Source: Kiloniellaceae bacterium (GTDB lineage Bacteria; Pseudomonadota; Alphaproteobacteria; Kiloniellales; J153). From it: a stretch of DNA of 64,000 bases. The translations under genes were made by a program, and so were the position numbers. The notes beneath the pieces were generated by a model. The model saw nothing but the letters and a program-made list of their open reading frames with translations, was not told where the DNA came from and did not search any database. The DNA lies in contig JAJFGO010000044.1 of NCBI GenBank assembly GCA_021776095.1, positions 39,080-103,079 on the forward strand. The letters run 5' to 3'. Of this stretch, positions 54,939 through 64,000 are shown piece by piece; position 1 is the first letter of the stretch, and the number at the start of each line of letters is the position of its first letter.

Positions 54939-55532
54939 ATGTCACAGAGCCAAGACCAAGCCCAGACCTGGCACGGCACCACCATCCTATCCGTGCGCAA
55001 AGGCGGCACGGTGGTGATCGCCGGCGACGGCCAGGTCACCTTGGGCCAGACTGTGATCAAGGCCAACGCCCGCAAGGTGCGGCGCCTGGGCAAGGGCAGC
55101 GACGGCAAGAGCGGGCCGGGCCAAGGCGGCGTGATTGCCGGTTTCGCCGGGGCGACGGCCGATGCCTTCACCTTGTTCGAGCGCCTGGAAGCCAAGCTGG
55201 AGACCTTTCCAGGGCAACTGACCCGGGCTTGCGTCGAAATGGCCAAGGACTGGCGCACCGACCGCTACCTTCGCCGTTTGGAGGCCATGATGGCGGTCGC
55301 GGATGCCTCGGTCTCGCTAGTTTTGACCGGTACGGGGGACGTGCTGGAGCCGGAGGACGGGCTGATCGGCATCGGCTCAGGCGGGTCGTACGCGCTCGCC
55401 GCCGCGCGGGCGCTCATTGACCAGGACGACATGGAGGCCGAAGCGATCGCGCGCAAGGCCATGGACATCGCGGCAGGGATCTGCATCTACACCAATGACA
55501 GCATCGTTATCGAAACCATCGCCGCCGGCTGA
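54939..55532 (+). CDS. hslV: ATP-dependent protease subunit HslV
   Basis: ...[26 protein letters not shown] (catalytic Thr after processing) ...[20 protein letters not shown]...[14 protein letters not shown]. The start was moved to the ATG at 54939. It contains a Gly/Ser-rich insertion ([14 protein letters not shown]) before VIAGFAG. Confidence 0.9.
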   Translation: MSQSQDQAQTWHGTTILSVRKGGTVVIAGDGQVTLGQTVIKANARKVRRLGKGSDGKSGPGQGGVIAGFAGATADAFTLFERLEAKLETFPGQLTRACVEMAKDWRTDRYLRRLEAMMAVADASVSLVLTGTGDVLEPEDGLIGIGSGGSYALAAARALIDQDDMEAEAIARKAMDIAAGICIYTNDSIVIETIAAG

Positions 55533-56859
55533 CGCCGCGCCGGGCGCCAGCGCCGCCTTCAGCCCGCGCGAGATCGTCTCGGAGCTGGACCGCTTCATCG
55601 TCGGTCAGGACGACGCCAAGCGCGCGGTCGCCATCGCGCTCAGAAACCGTTGGCGCCGCCAGCAGCTTTCCGACGAACTGCGCGAGGAGGTCTTGCCCAA
55701 GAACATCCTGATGATCGGCCCGACCGGTTGCGGCAAGACCGAGATCGCGCGCCGCCTGGCGCGTCTGGCGCAAGCGCCCTTCCTAAAGGTCGAGGCGACC
55801 AAGTTCACCGAGGTCGGCTACGTCGGGCGCGACGTCGAGCAGATCGTGCGCGATTTGGTGGAAATCGCCATCGGCATGACCCGCGAACGCCTGATCAAGG
55901 AGGTCAAGGCCAAGGCGGAGCTGAGCGCCGAGGAACGCCTGCTCGACGCCCTGGTCGGCGAGAACGCGAGCGGCGAGACCCGCAGCAAGTTCCGGCGCAT
56001 GTTGCGCATGGGCGATCTGGACGGCCGCGAGATTGAGATCGACGTGGCCGATACCGGCGGCATGCAAATGCCGACCATGGACATCCCCGGCATGCCCGGC
56101 GGCAGTATGGGCATGGTCAATCTGGGCGATATCTTCGGCAAGGCCTTTGCCGGGCGCACCAAGAAACGCCGCCTGAGCGTGCCCGAAGCCATGGAGATCC
56201 TAACCGGCGAGGAAAGCGACAAACTCCTGGATCAGGAAGCGGTCACCGGCGAGGCGATCAGCGCGGTCGAACAGAACGGCATCGTGTTCCTGGACGAGAT
56301 CGACAAGATCACCGCGCGGTCCGAGCGGGTCGGCGGCGATGTCTCGCGCGAAGGCGTGCAGCGCGACCTCTTGCCCCTGATCGAGGGTACCACGGTCGCC
56401 ACCAAGCACGGCCCGGTCAAGACCGACCATGTTCTCTTCATCGCCTCCGGCGCGTTTCACCTAGCCAAGCCCTCCGACCTCCTGCCCGAACTGCAGGGTC
56501 GCCTGCCGATCCGGGTCGAGCTGAACGCCCTCAGCCGCGACGACTTGAAGCGCATCCTGATCGAGCCGGAGAACAGCCTGGTGCGCCAGTACGTGGCCCT
56601 TATGGGGACCGAGACCGTGACCCTGGATTTCGCCGAGGACGCCATCGACGCCCTGGCCGACCTGGCGACCGAGATCAACACGAACGTCGAGAACATCGGC
56701 GCGCGCCGCCTGCACACGGTGATGGAAAAGCTGTTGGAGGATATTTCCTTCACCGCCACCGATCGCGGCGGCGAGACCGTGCGGATCGACGCCGACTACG
56801 TGCAATCCCAAGTCGGCGAACTGGCCAAGAACACGGACTTGAGTAAGTTCATTCTATAA
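55495..56859 (+). CDS. hslU: ATP-dependent protease ATPase subunit HslU
   Basis: [33 protein letters not shown]...[17 protein letters not shown]...[11 protein letters not shown].... The only in-frame start upstream of the conserved N-terminus is the ATG at 55495, which overlaps hslV by 38 nt. Confidence 0.9.
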   Translation: MTASLSKPSPPADAAPGASAAFSPREIVSELDRFIVGQDDAKRAVAIALRNRWRRQQLSDELREEVLPKNILMIGPTGCGKTEIARRLARLAQAPFLKVEATKFTEVGYVGRDVEQIVRDLVEIAIGMTRERLIKEVKAKAELSAEERLLDALVGENASGETRSKFRRMLRMGDLDGREIEIDVADTGGMQMPTMDIPGMPGGSMGMVNLGDIFGKAFAGRTKKRRLSVPEAMEILTGEESDKLLDQEAVTGEAISAVEQNGIVFLDEIDKITARSERVGGDVSREGVQRDLLPLIEGTTVATKHGPVKTDHVLFIASGAFHLAKPSDLLPELQGRLPIRVELNALSRDDLKRILIEPENSLVRQYVALMGTETVTLDFAEDAIDALADLATEINTNVENIGARRLHTVMEKLLEDISFTATDRGGETVRIDADYVQSQVGELAKNTDLSKFIL

Positions 56860-56903
56860 GTCGGCCATAGAGGGCCCCGAGAGGCGCCGACTATTGTGCC
56901 GCT

Positions 56904-58115
56904 ATGGATGGCGATCCCCTAAAGCGGCGGCTTCTGATCTATTTCTCGTTCGGCCATTTGGCGAACGACTGGGCACCCTGTTCGATCTGGCTGATCGCGC
57001 CGGCGATCGGCGTGGCCATGGATCTCTCGCCCGGCGAGGTCGGCGTCTTGATCGGTGTGGCCAGCGCCGGTGCCGCGCTCGGCTACTTGCCCGCCGGCGT
57101 TCTAAGCGACCGCGTCACCCGGCGCGGGTGGCTCTTGCTTGCCACCTTTTGGTGGGTGGCGATCGGCTATGTGGTGGCTTCATTCGCGCCGGGGTTTTGG
57201 ACCGTGGCCCTATTGTTCGCCTTGGCCGGGCTAGGCGACGCGGCCTGGCATCCGATCGCGTCCGGGGTTCTGGTCCAGGCCCTGCCGAAGCGCCGGGCGC
57301 ATGCGCTTGGTATCCACGCCATGGGCGGAACCTTTGCCGAGGTCTTGGGCCCGCTTCTGGTCGGATTTCTGCTGAGTTATGTGGATTGGCGCACTGCCCT
57401 GCAAATTTCCGCCCTGCCCGCGGCGATCATGGGGTTGGTTTTCCTGCGCATTGCCGGCGCCGTCCCGGCGGGACCGCAGCACAGCTTCTCCCGCCATGAC
57501 GTGAGCGGACTCTGGCGCATCTGGACCAGCCGCCGGGGCCTTGCCCTCACGGCCATGATCAGCGTGTACAACATGGCGCTCATGGCGGTGCTGGCCATGA
57601 GCCCGCTTTTCCTGCAGCAGGTGCACAGCTTTTCGCCCCTGGAAACCGGGATCGCGTTTTCAATCATGCTCCTGGCCGGGGCATTGGCCCAACCGGCGAT
57701 CGGCCGTCTGTCCGACGGCATCGGCCGCAAGCCGGTCTTTCTGGCCGGCAATGGGCTAGCCGTGCTGGCCTGCCTCGGGGTCGCGCTGAGCAGCGCGCCT
57801 CTGCCGGCCCTGATCGCCCTGATCGTTACCGTCGGCGCGCTTTACAGCATCAGGTCGGCGGTGCTGGCGGCCGCGGTCGAATTCGCCGGCGGGCGCGAGG
57901 GCACGACCCTGGGCTTGACCTTCGCCTTGCTGGACGGGGTCGGGGCCCTGGGCGCGGTTTTGGCCGGTTGGGTCGGCAATGTCGATCTGCACTATGCCTT
58001 CGTTCTCGCCGCAGGCATGGCCGCGAGCGCCGCGGGCCTGGCGTTGCCGGTCGCCTTCGGGGCCGCCGGTCCTGCGGAAAAAGAGGCCGAGGCCGCGCCC
58101 CAGTCTTCGATTTAA
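56904..58115 (+). CDS. MFS transporter
   Basis: 403 aa, about 12 TM segments, with the MFS loop motif (GVLSDRVTRRG; GRLSDGIGRKP). Confidence 0.85.
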   Translation: MDGDPLKRRLLIYFSFGHLANDWAPCSIWLIAPAIGVAMDLSPGEVGVLIGVASAGAALGYLPAGVLSDRVTRRGWLLLATFWWVAIGYVVASFAPGFWTVALLFALAGLGDAAWHPIASGVLVQALPKRRAHALGIHAMGGTFAEVLGPLLVGFLLSYVDWRTALQISALPAAIMGLVFLRIAGAVPAGPQHSFSRHDVSGLWRIWTSRRGLALTAMISVYNMALMAVLAMSPLFLQQVHSFSPLETGIAFSIMLLAGALAQPAIGRLSDGIGRKPVFLAGNGLAVLACLGVALSSAPLPALIALIVTVGALYSIRSAVLAAAVEFAGGREGTTLGLTFALLDGVGALGAVLAGWVGNVDLHYAFVLAAGMAASAAGLALPVAFGAAGPAEKEAEAAPQSSI

Positions 58116-58118
58116 GGG

Positions 58119-58469
58119 CTAGTCGTCTAGGACCGCCCGCAGGCGTTCGATCCGCTCATCCGGCAGGTTGCCGATTCGTTCCGCCAACAAATTGGCGAAT
58201 TCGGTCGCTTGGGCGCTAAGGCCCGAGGTATCGACCGTCACGCGCGGGTGAGAGAGGTCGGCCAGGCGCTGCAGGGCCTCCGCGTCGTCCCAGATGATCC
58301 CCAAAAACTGGCAGACCTGGTGGACGAAGCGCCGGTTGGGCCGGCCCCGCTGGCCGTGTTCCAGGGCAGACAGATACGCCGGCGAGACGCTCAGGCCGGC
58401 CGCCATGTCCTTGAGCGCTAAACCGCGTTCCGCGCGCAAACGGCGCATTTCCTCGCCGAAGGGGGTCAT
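58119..58469 (-). CDS. XRE-family helix-turn-helix transcriptional regulator
   Basis: FGEEMRRLRAERGLALKDMAAGLSVSPAYLSALEHGQRG is an HTH_3/Cro-C1 type motif. Confidence 0.8.
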   Translation of the reverse strand: MTPFGEEMRRLRAERGLALKDMAAGLSVSPAYLSALEHGQRGRPNRRFVHQVCQFLGIIWDDAEALQRLADLSHPRVTVDTSGLSAQATEFANLLAERIGNLPDERIERLRAVLDD

Positions 58470-58548
58470 CGGCTAGGTCCTTTCGCTTGCGGAATGAGTT
58501 TTCATCAATCGTTCCGCTATCGTAACGGTGGCTGGAGTCCCGGCAATT

Positions 58549-59037
58549 TTAGGTCTCATAAAGCCCCCGGGTCCGATGCCAATCCTCGATCGATTGATCG
58601 GGATACTTGTTGAATTCGGGGTCTTTGGCGCCGCCCGGCGCCTCGACCCAGGGCGCCTTGAAATCGAGCATGATGTGGGCGCGTTCCGGCGGCGCGGGCA
58701 GGGCCGTGTCGATGGCCGAGGCGAAGGGATAGATCCAATCGGGCCAGCGCGGATCGGCGACGTAAAGCGCGCTGCCGCAGTGTTTACAGAAATGGCGCCG
58801 GGCCGGGCTGAGCTCTTGCGGATCGCGTTCGGTGCCCCGCGCGCGATAGACGCTCAGATTTTCGGCGCCCTCAAGCTTTAGGGTCTTGGCGTCGGCCATG
58901 AGGTTGATCGCGTAGCCGCCGCCGCCCGCGGTCTTGCGGCAGATCGTACAATAGCAGCGCATGTAGGGTTGCGGCGTGTGCGAGACCACGGAGAACCGCA
59001 CCGCGCCGCAATGACAGGACCCTTCCAGGCGTGCCAT
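58549..59037 (-). CDS. GFA (glutathione-dependent formaldehyde-activating / CENP-V) family protein
   Basis: GSCHCGAVRF...CYCTICRK...HFCKHCGSAL are the zinc-binding Cys clusters of the GFA family. The start ATG at 59037 follows GGGAGG. Confidence 0.8.
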   Translation of the reverse strand: MARLEGSCHCGAVRFSVVSHTPQPYMRCYCTICRKTAGGGGYAINLMADAKTLKLEGAENLSVYRARGTERDPQELSPARRHFCKHCGSALYVADPRWPDWIYPFASAIDTALPAPPERAHIMLDFKAPWVEAPGGAKDPEFNKYPDQSIEDWHRTRGLYET

Positions 59038-59103
59038 GGCCGCCTCCCAAATCACTTAACCCCATTCGAGTTTAGCGTTCAGCCGCAGGCCTGTCCGCAG
59101 ATT

Positions 59104-59691
59104 TCACCTCCGCGCCTTGCGCAGCAACACGTAGATCGCTCCCAGGCCGCCGTGCTGCCGCTGCGCATAGTCGAAGGCGAGCACGCGGGGACGGTTTTCC
59201 GGGTCGTTCAGCCATTGGGGCACCTGAGCGCGTAAGATCCCGCCGCCACGGCCGATGTCGCCCTTGCCGGTGACCACCACGACGCAGCGCTTACCGGCGC
59301 CTTGCGCGCGCGCCAGGAAGGCGGCCAATTCCTGGCGGGCCTGATCCTGGGAATGGCCGTGCAGATCGAGGGTGGCTTCGATCGGCATGCGGCCGCGGCG
59401 CATGCGCTCGGCACTGCGTTTGTCGAGGTCGGCGATATCGCCGTGACCCAAGCTGGGGTGCGGTTTCGCTCGCGGCTTCGGCACGGACGCCTTGAAGGCC
59501 AGGGCACGCGGTGGCGCGGCCTTCTTGGCCGGTTTTTCTTGCGGGGCTTCGCTTGGCGTGGGAGGCGCAGGCGTCGTTTTCGCGGGTTTCTTTAGCGGTT
59601 TTGCGTCGCGTGTGACCGCCTGCCACAAGGCACGTTCGTCTTCGGAAAGCCCGGGCCCGCGCGGTTTCGATCCGGATTTTTTATCCGGCAT
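59104..59691 (-). CDS. Smr/MutS2-C family endonuclease-domain protein
   Basis: ...ATLDLHGHSQDQARQELAAFLARAQGAGKRCVVVVTGKG...GILRAQVPQWL is an Smr domain, preceded by a Pro/Lys-rich linker. The start ATG is at 59691. Confidence 0.85.
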   Translation of the reverse strand: MPDKKSGSKPRGPGLSEDERALWQAVTRDAKPLKKPAKTTPAPPTPSEAPQEKPAKKAAPPRALAFKASVPKPRAKPHPSLGHGDIADLDKRSAERMRRGRMPIEATLDLHGHSQDQARQELAAFLARAQGAGKRCVVVVTGKGDIGRGGGILRAQVPQWLNDPENRPRVLAFDYAQRQHGGLGAIYVLLRKARR

Positions 59692-60388
59692 TCCCGGGAC
59701 CGTTGCCGCCTGGGCCGTCATCCAGCAGCACGATATGCAGGCGGCGCGGCCCGTGCGCACCGAGCTGTATGGTCTGTTCGATATCCGCCGTGCGCGAGGG
59801 CCCGGTGATGAAGTTGGCGGTGCGCGGTAGCTTGCCATTGCCGAATTCGGCCCGCACGCGCGCCCAGGCATCCTCGTAAGATCCAACGACCTGGGAGGTT
59901 TTGAGCATGACGATGTGGGTATCGGGCAGAAAATTGAGCGTGGTCGGCGCCCGTTCACCGGACAGCAGCATGAGGGTGCCGGTTTCCGCGACCGCGGCGA
60001 AGGCGCCGGAAAGGGAGACCTCGTCGCTCGCCGACGCGCGGCCATGGGCAACGTTCAGCAGGGGATGCCGATCCCAGGGCAGGTTCTCAAGCGCTGGATC
60101 GGGCGCCGCGCGCAGGCGCTGCGGCAAGTTGTGCCCGGATAGGTATTCAGCGATCGCGCCGGGGACGTCCTCCGCCCGCGCCACGCGGGTCAGGGTGGCG
60201 GCGTGTTCCTCCGCCATAGTCTGAAACAGATCGACCTGCGCACCGGGCTCTAGCTGGGCACGAGCCGGAATGGGACCGCGCTGCCGGGCGCCCAGGCGAG
60301 CCTCAACCGCGGCTCGGGCCGCCGCGTCCTCTGGCTGGCGCTTGAGCGAGCGGCGCACCGCGCCCAGGATGGCCTCCCGCCCGCTCAT
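59681..60388 (-). CDS. lutC: lactate utilization protein C (LutC/YkgG family)
   Basis: MSGREAILGAVRRSL...AAVAETGTLML...FLPDTHIVML...TGPSRTADIEQTIQLGAHGPRRLHIVLL. ATGA overlap with the lutB stop. The last 11 nt overlap the smr start. Confidence 0.8.
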   Translation of the reverse strand: MSGREAILGAVRRSLKRQPEDAAARAAVEARLGARQRGPIPARAQLEPGAQVDLFQTMAEEHAATLTRVARAEDVPGAIAEYLSGHNLPQRLRAAPDPALENLPWDRHPLLNVAHGRASASDEVSLSGAFAAVAETGTLMLLSGERAPTTLNFLPDTHIVMLKTSQVVGSYEDAWARVRAEFGNGKLPRTANFITGPSRTADIEQTIQLGAHGPRRLHIVLLDDGPGGNGPGNAG

Positions 60389-61812
60389 CGCCCGCGCCCC
60401 GCTTGGCGTTCCGCCCAAAGGGCCTGAAAGGTCTTGCCCTGAGGGGCCGGGAAATCGCGGTGTCGAGTCCAACCGCCGGCGAAGGGCAGGCGCGCGAAGC
60501 GGCCCTTGCGCCGGCCGATTGCGCCCAGCACCCGCATCTCCAGCCCGATCAGCCAATGGTATAGAGCCGGCCGGCGCGCCAGGAAGGCCCAGGCCGCCAG
60601 ACCGTAGCGCACGGCCGCCGGAGATAAATTGCGCTCGAATTCCCGCTCGCGCCAATGGCGCATAAGCTTGGGCAAGGGAATGCGCATGGGGCAGACGCTT
60701 TCGCAGCGCCCGCAAAAGGTCGAAGCGTTGGGCAGGTTGCCAGCCTCCTCGACCCCGATCAGGGCCGGGGTCAGGACCGAACCGATCGGACCCGGATAGA
60801 CCCAGCCGTAAGCATGGCCGCCGATCGCGTGATAGACCGGGCAGTGATTCATGCAGGCGCCGCAGCGAATACAGCGCAGGACCTCGCGCAATTCCCCGGC
60901 CAGCATCTGCGAACGACCGTTGTCGAGCAGGACGACGTGGTATTCCTCCGGCCCGTCCAGATCCCCCGGCCGTTTCGGGCCGGTCGAGACCGTTGTGTAG
61001 GTGGAGAATTCCTGCCCGGTGGCGGAGCGTGCTAGGACGCGCAGGATGGTGCTCAAGTCCTCCAAGGTGGGCACGACCTTTTCCAGGCTGGCGACCACGA
61101 TGTGAACCTTGGGCAAAACCTGGGTCAGGTCGCCGTTGCCCTCGTTGGTGACGATGACAGACGAGCCGGTCTCGGCAACCAGGAAATTGGCCCCGGTGAT
61201 GCCCACATCGGCCTTGAGGAAACCTTCGCGCAAGACCTGGCGCGCCTCGTCGACCAATTGGCGCGGCTCCGATAGCTGCCGTTCGGCCGGGAACTGCGTG
61301 TGTTCCGCGCGGAAATCCGCCTCGATCAGATCCTTGGTCAGGTGCACGGCCGGCGCGATGATGTGGCTCGGCGGCTCGTGGCGCAATTGGATGATGTATT
61401 CGCCCAAATCGGTTTCGACTGGGGTGATGCCGTTCGCTTCGAGGTGATCGTTGAGCGCGATCTCCTCGGAGATCATCGACTTGCCCTTGGTCACCGTCTT
61501 GGCCCCAACGCGCTGGCAAATATCCAGCACCGCGGCCCGCGCATCGTCCGCGCTGGCGCACCAATGTACCTGACCGCCAGCCGCCTGTACGTTTTCCTCG
61601 TAGCGCTCCAAGTACAGATCGAGATGTTCGAGCGTATGGGTCTTAATGTCGCGCGCGGCGTCGCGCAGGGCTTCGAACTCCGGCAAGCGCGCCGCCGCCT
61701 TGGCCCGCTTGCCGATGAAGCCTGATTTTACGTGACCAAGGGCCCGTTTGAGCTGCGGGTCCGCGACGGCGGCCTTGGCATTGTCCTTGAAGCTGTGGGC
61801 CGTGGAATGCAT
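60385..61812 (-). CDS. lutB: lactate utilization protein B (LutB/YkgF, 4Fe-4S)
   Basis: ...GITGANFLVAETGS...LRCIRCGACMNHCPVY...ASTFCGRCESVCPMRIPL shows two ferredoxin-type Cys clusters and the LutB architecture. Confidence 0.9.
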   Translation of the reverse strand: MHSTAHSFKDNAKAAVADPQLKRALGHVKSGFIGKRAKAAARLPEFEALRDAARDIKTHTLEHLDLYLERYEENVQAAGGQVHWCASADDARAAVLDICQRVGAKTVTKGKSMISEEIALNDHLEANGITPVETDLGEYIIQLRHEPPSHIIAPAVHLTKDLIEADFRAEHTQFPAERQLSEPRQLVDEARQVLREGFLKADVGITGANFLVAETGSSVIVTNEGNGDLTQVLPKVHIVVASLEKVVPTLEDLSTILRVLARSATGQEFSTYTTVSTGPKRPGDLDGPEEYHVVLLDNGRSQMLAGELREVLRCIRCGACMNHCPVYHAIGGHAYGWVYPGPIGSVLTPALIGVEEAGNLPNASTFCGRCESVCPMRIPLPKLMRHWREREFERNLSPAAVRYGLAAWAFLARRPALYHWLIGLEMRVLGAIGRRKGRFARLPFAGGWTRHRDFPAPQGKTFQALWAERQAGRGR

Positions 61813-61828
61813 CGCCGCCGCCTCGCGT

Positions 61829-62620
61829 TCAGTTCTGGGCCGGGTCGCCGATGGCCGGCGTGTCGGTCGTGCCGGCCAGAACTTCGGCGATGTGGCGGAC
61901 CTCGACCGGCGAGCCCGTACGCTTCAACTTGCCGGCCATGTTCAAGAGACAACCCAGGTCGCCGGCCAGAAGCGTACGCGCGCCGCTGTTTGCGATGCAG
62001 CCGCTTTTTTCCTCGACCATGGTGTTGGAGATGTCCGGATATTTGACGCAGAAGGTGCCGCCGAAACCGCAACAGACCTCTGCGTCCTGCATCTCGTTCA
62101 AGCTCAAGCCTTGCACGCTGGCGAGCAGTTGGCGCGGTTGCGCCTTGATTCCCAGCTCGCGTAGGCCCGAACAGGAATCGTGATAGGTGACCGTACCGTC
62201 GAAGCGCGCCTCGACCGCGGTGACGCCGCGCACATCGGTCAAGAAAGAGATCAGCTCGTGGGTGCGCTCCGCGATCAGTGTGGCACGGGCCGACCAGTCC
62301 GGGTCCGTCGCCAGAAGAGCCGGATAATGTTCGCGGATCATGGCGGCGCAGGACCCCGAGGGCGCGACCACGTAGTCGTACTCTTCGAAAGCAGCCAAGG
62401 TTTGGCGCGCGATCGCCTGTGTGTCGGCCCGATCACCCGAGTTATAAGCCGGCTGTCCGCAGCAGGTTTGTGCGCGTGGCACCTCGACCGTACAGCCCGC
62501 GTCCTCCAGCAATTTGACCGCGGCGAAGCCGACGCTGGGCCGCATGGAGTCGACCAGGCAAGTCACGAACAGCCCGACGCGCGCCGGCGCCGGGGTCTCT
62601 TGCGGTGAGTTCTGCGGCAC
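61829..62620 (-). CDS. lutA: lactate utilization protein A (LutA/YkgE, CCG-domain Fe-S oxidoreductase)
   Basis: VGLFVTCLVDSMRPSVGFAAVKLLEDAGCTVEVPRAQTCCGQPAYNSG...HDSCSGLRELG...EVCCGFGGTF shows duplicated CCG motifs. The GTG start at 62620 was inferred, and the track extension to 62833 was rejected. Confidence 0.8.
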   Translation of the reverse strand: MPQNSPQETPAPARVGLFVTCLVDSMRPSVGFAAVKLLEDAGCTVEVPRAQTCCGQPAYNSGDRADTQAIARQTLAAFEEYDYVVAPSGSCAAMIREHYPALLATDPDWSARATLIAERTHELISFLTDVRGVTAVEARFDGTVTYHDSCSGLRELGIKAQPRQLLASVQGLSLNEMQDAEVCCGFGGTFCVKYPDISNTMVEEKSGCIANSGARTLLAGDLGCLLNMAGKLKRTGSPVEVRHIAEVLAGTTDTPAIGDPAQN

Positions 62621-62721
62621 TGAGTTCGGTGTCCTCTTTGGACCTGCGGCGAGCGCGGCGATCCTTCGATATTGCAGCCTGCCGGACAAAAGGCAAGCCA
62701 GGGCGGCGTTTAGCGCCGGAC

Positions 62722-63951
62722 TTAACTGGTCGCCCGGCGCCGCGCCGCAACCGTTTTGGGCAACAGCAGGTAAAAGCGCCCCTGGCGCTTCATGCGTCCA
62801 GCGTGTTCCAGGGCGGGCTCGCCCGAACCCCAAAAGAAATCGGCCCTAAGCGGCCCCTTGATCGCCGCGCCGGTGTCTTGCGCAATCATGAGTTGACGCA
62901 ACGGCCGGTCCTCGGCGGGCCAGGTGGTGTCGAGAAAGACCGGCAGACCGTAAGGCACGAAGCGCGGATCGACGGCAATCGAGCGCATTGCAGTCAGCGC
63001 CACGCCCTCGGCCCCGATCGGGCCGTCGCCTTCGATCCAGCGGAAAAAGATATAGCGCGCGTTGCGCTCCATGAAGGTGCGGCCTTCTTCCGGGTTGGCG
63101 CGCAGCCAATCGCGGATACCTTGCATGGAGGCCTGCCCGCCGGAAATCTTGCCGGCATCCAGCAATAGGCGGCCAATGCCGGTGAAGCGCTTCCCGTTGG
63201 ACATGGCGTAGCCGATTCGCCGCTCGCTGCCGTCGGGAAAGCGCACCTTGCCGGAACCCTGAATGTGCAAAAAGAAAACGTCGACCGGGTCGTCGGCCCA
63301 AAGCAGTTCCAAGCCACGGCCCAAGAGCAAGCCGGCCTCGATCGCATCGCGCGCCGGATAGGGTTGCAGGCGCCCCTTCGCGACCTGGCCGACAATGGTC
63401 TTGCCCGCCAAATCCTCCGCGAAGGCGCCCAGATCGGCGGTGACCAGATCGTCGGGCCGGACATAGATGGGCGCCGTGTAGGCACCGCCGGGAAACAGCG
63501 CGCCACGCAGTTCGGCTTCGTAATACCCGGTAACCAGGCCGGTGTCGTTTTCGGGCGCGGCCATGCGAAAGGGCACAAACCAGGTTTCGATCCAGCGGCG
63601 CGCGTCGTCCAAACCGCCGCCTTGGCCGTCGCCCAGGGCCGCGTCGAGCGCGGCACAAGGCGCGCGCCAATCGGCGACGGTGCCACCGACTTGCCCCGAG
63701 ACGGCGCCGGCGATCTTGCGCCCATCGGGGTGCCTTGCCAAGCGTGCGCAGGAGCGCGCCAAGGCGGGCAGGGCGGCCCCGACATCGTCCTCGGACCAGC
63801 CGGGCAGGTCGGCAAAGGCAACCTCGCTCAAGCTGAGCGGCGGGGCCGGTGGTGGTGGCGGCTTTTTCTCGCAGGCAATCAGGGCCGCGGCGGCCAGAAA
63901 TCCGGCGAAAACGCGCGCCGACACGAAACGGCTAAAGATCTGGCAAGACAC
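62722..63951 (-). CDS. mltA: membrane-bound lytic murein transglycosylase A (lipoprotein)
   Basis: Has a lipobox (AAALIAC|EK), an MltA-specific domain (TGYYEAELRGA...YVRPDDLV...) and a 3D domain (VAVDPRFVPYGLPVFLD...AQDTGAAIKG..RADFFWG). The GTG start at 63951 follows AAGGGGGA. Confidence 0.85.
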   Translation of the reverse strand: MSCQIFSRFVSARVFAGFLAAAALIACEKKPPPPPAPPLSLSEVAFADLPGWSEDDVGAALPALARSCARLARHPDGRKIAGAVSGQVGGTVADWRAPCAALDAALGDGQGGGLDDARRWIETWFVPFRMAAPENDTGLVTGYYEAELRGALFPGGAYTAPIYVRPDDLVTADLGAFAEDLAGKTIVGQVAKGRLQPYPARDAIEAGLLLGRGLELLWADDPVDVFFLHIQGSGKVRFPDGSERRIGYAMSNGKRFTGIGRLLLDAGKISGGQASMQGIRDWLRANPEEGRTFMERNARYIFFRWIEGDGPIGAEGVALTAMRSIAVDPRFVPYGLPVFLDTTWPAEDRPLRQLMIAQDTGAAIKGPLRADFFWGSGEPALEHAGRMKRQGRFYLLLPKTVAARRRATS

Positions 63952-64000
63952 GGCGCGATCCCCCTTCCCGGCACCTTCGGGTTCGTTCCGCCCGGGCAAA

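Noticed and set aside
59681-61564. A 627-aa ORF on the minus strand.
   Set aside because: Only its C-terminal 235 codons correspond to LutC. The remainder is an Arg/Gly/Pro-rich alternative frame across the well-supported lutB gene.
1-64000. A search for tRNA, rRNA, CRISPR arrays, integrases and transposases.
   Set aside because: - No tRNA-like T-arm/acceptor patterns were seen.
- No rRNA-like stretches were seen.
- No regularly spaced direct repeats were seen.
- No recombinase or transposase ORF was recognised in any frame.
- The only repeat families seen are the two reported.

Overview
This 64-kb window is high-G+C (about 65-68% in hand-counted coding stretches) and densely coding. Gene content and synteny look alphaproteobacterial, probably Rhodospirillales-like, though that placement is inference. 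I found no rRNA, tRNA or CRISPR array.

Most of the window is core chromosome:
- M48 peptidase, thermonuclease, pip and a PagL-like gene.
- An orphan phnN next to pncB.
- A long regulatory locus on the minus strand: chvI-chvG-hprK/rapZ-EIIA(Man)-HPr-EI-ahcY-PAS histidine kinase.
- A Rieske oxygenase with a GlxA/AraC regulator, then pckA.
- acnA.
- A 7-gene Liv-type ABC importer bracketed by two adenylate-forming CoA ligases.
- The E. coli-like lpoA/rsmI/yraN/BON block followed by gshB.
- comM, an ABC-2 exporter and a phasin.
- hisBH-(GNAT)-AFE with a HIT gene.
- hslVU.
- mltA-lutABC-smr.

Observations worth a second look:
1. A two-gene module (6986-7392, minus strand) directly downstream of the histidine kinase. 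The first gene is a clear MerF homologue whose vicinal Cys-Cys motif is encoded as TGC-TGA (Cys-Sec candidate). It is translationally coupled to a small GDCCVxC-domain protein.
2. HprK and RapZ are encoded as one uninterrupted 461-codon ORF.
3. A decayed patch just upstream of comM (about 44050-45460) holds two gene remnants, a lower-G+C sunset-domain gene and a ~135-bp internal comM-like fragment.
4. A 270-bp MITE-like element with 25-nt terminal inverted repeats, whose terminal CTAG supplies the stop codon of the lpoA-like gene.
5. Two copies of a palindromic intergenic repeat.

Many long ORFs in the supplied track are high-G+C antisense or alternative-frame artefacts and were rejected. Several start codons were re-assigned by reading the sequence.
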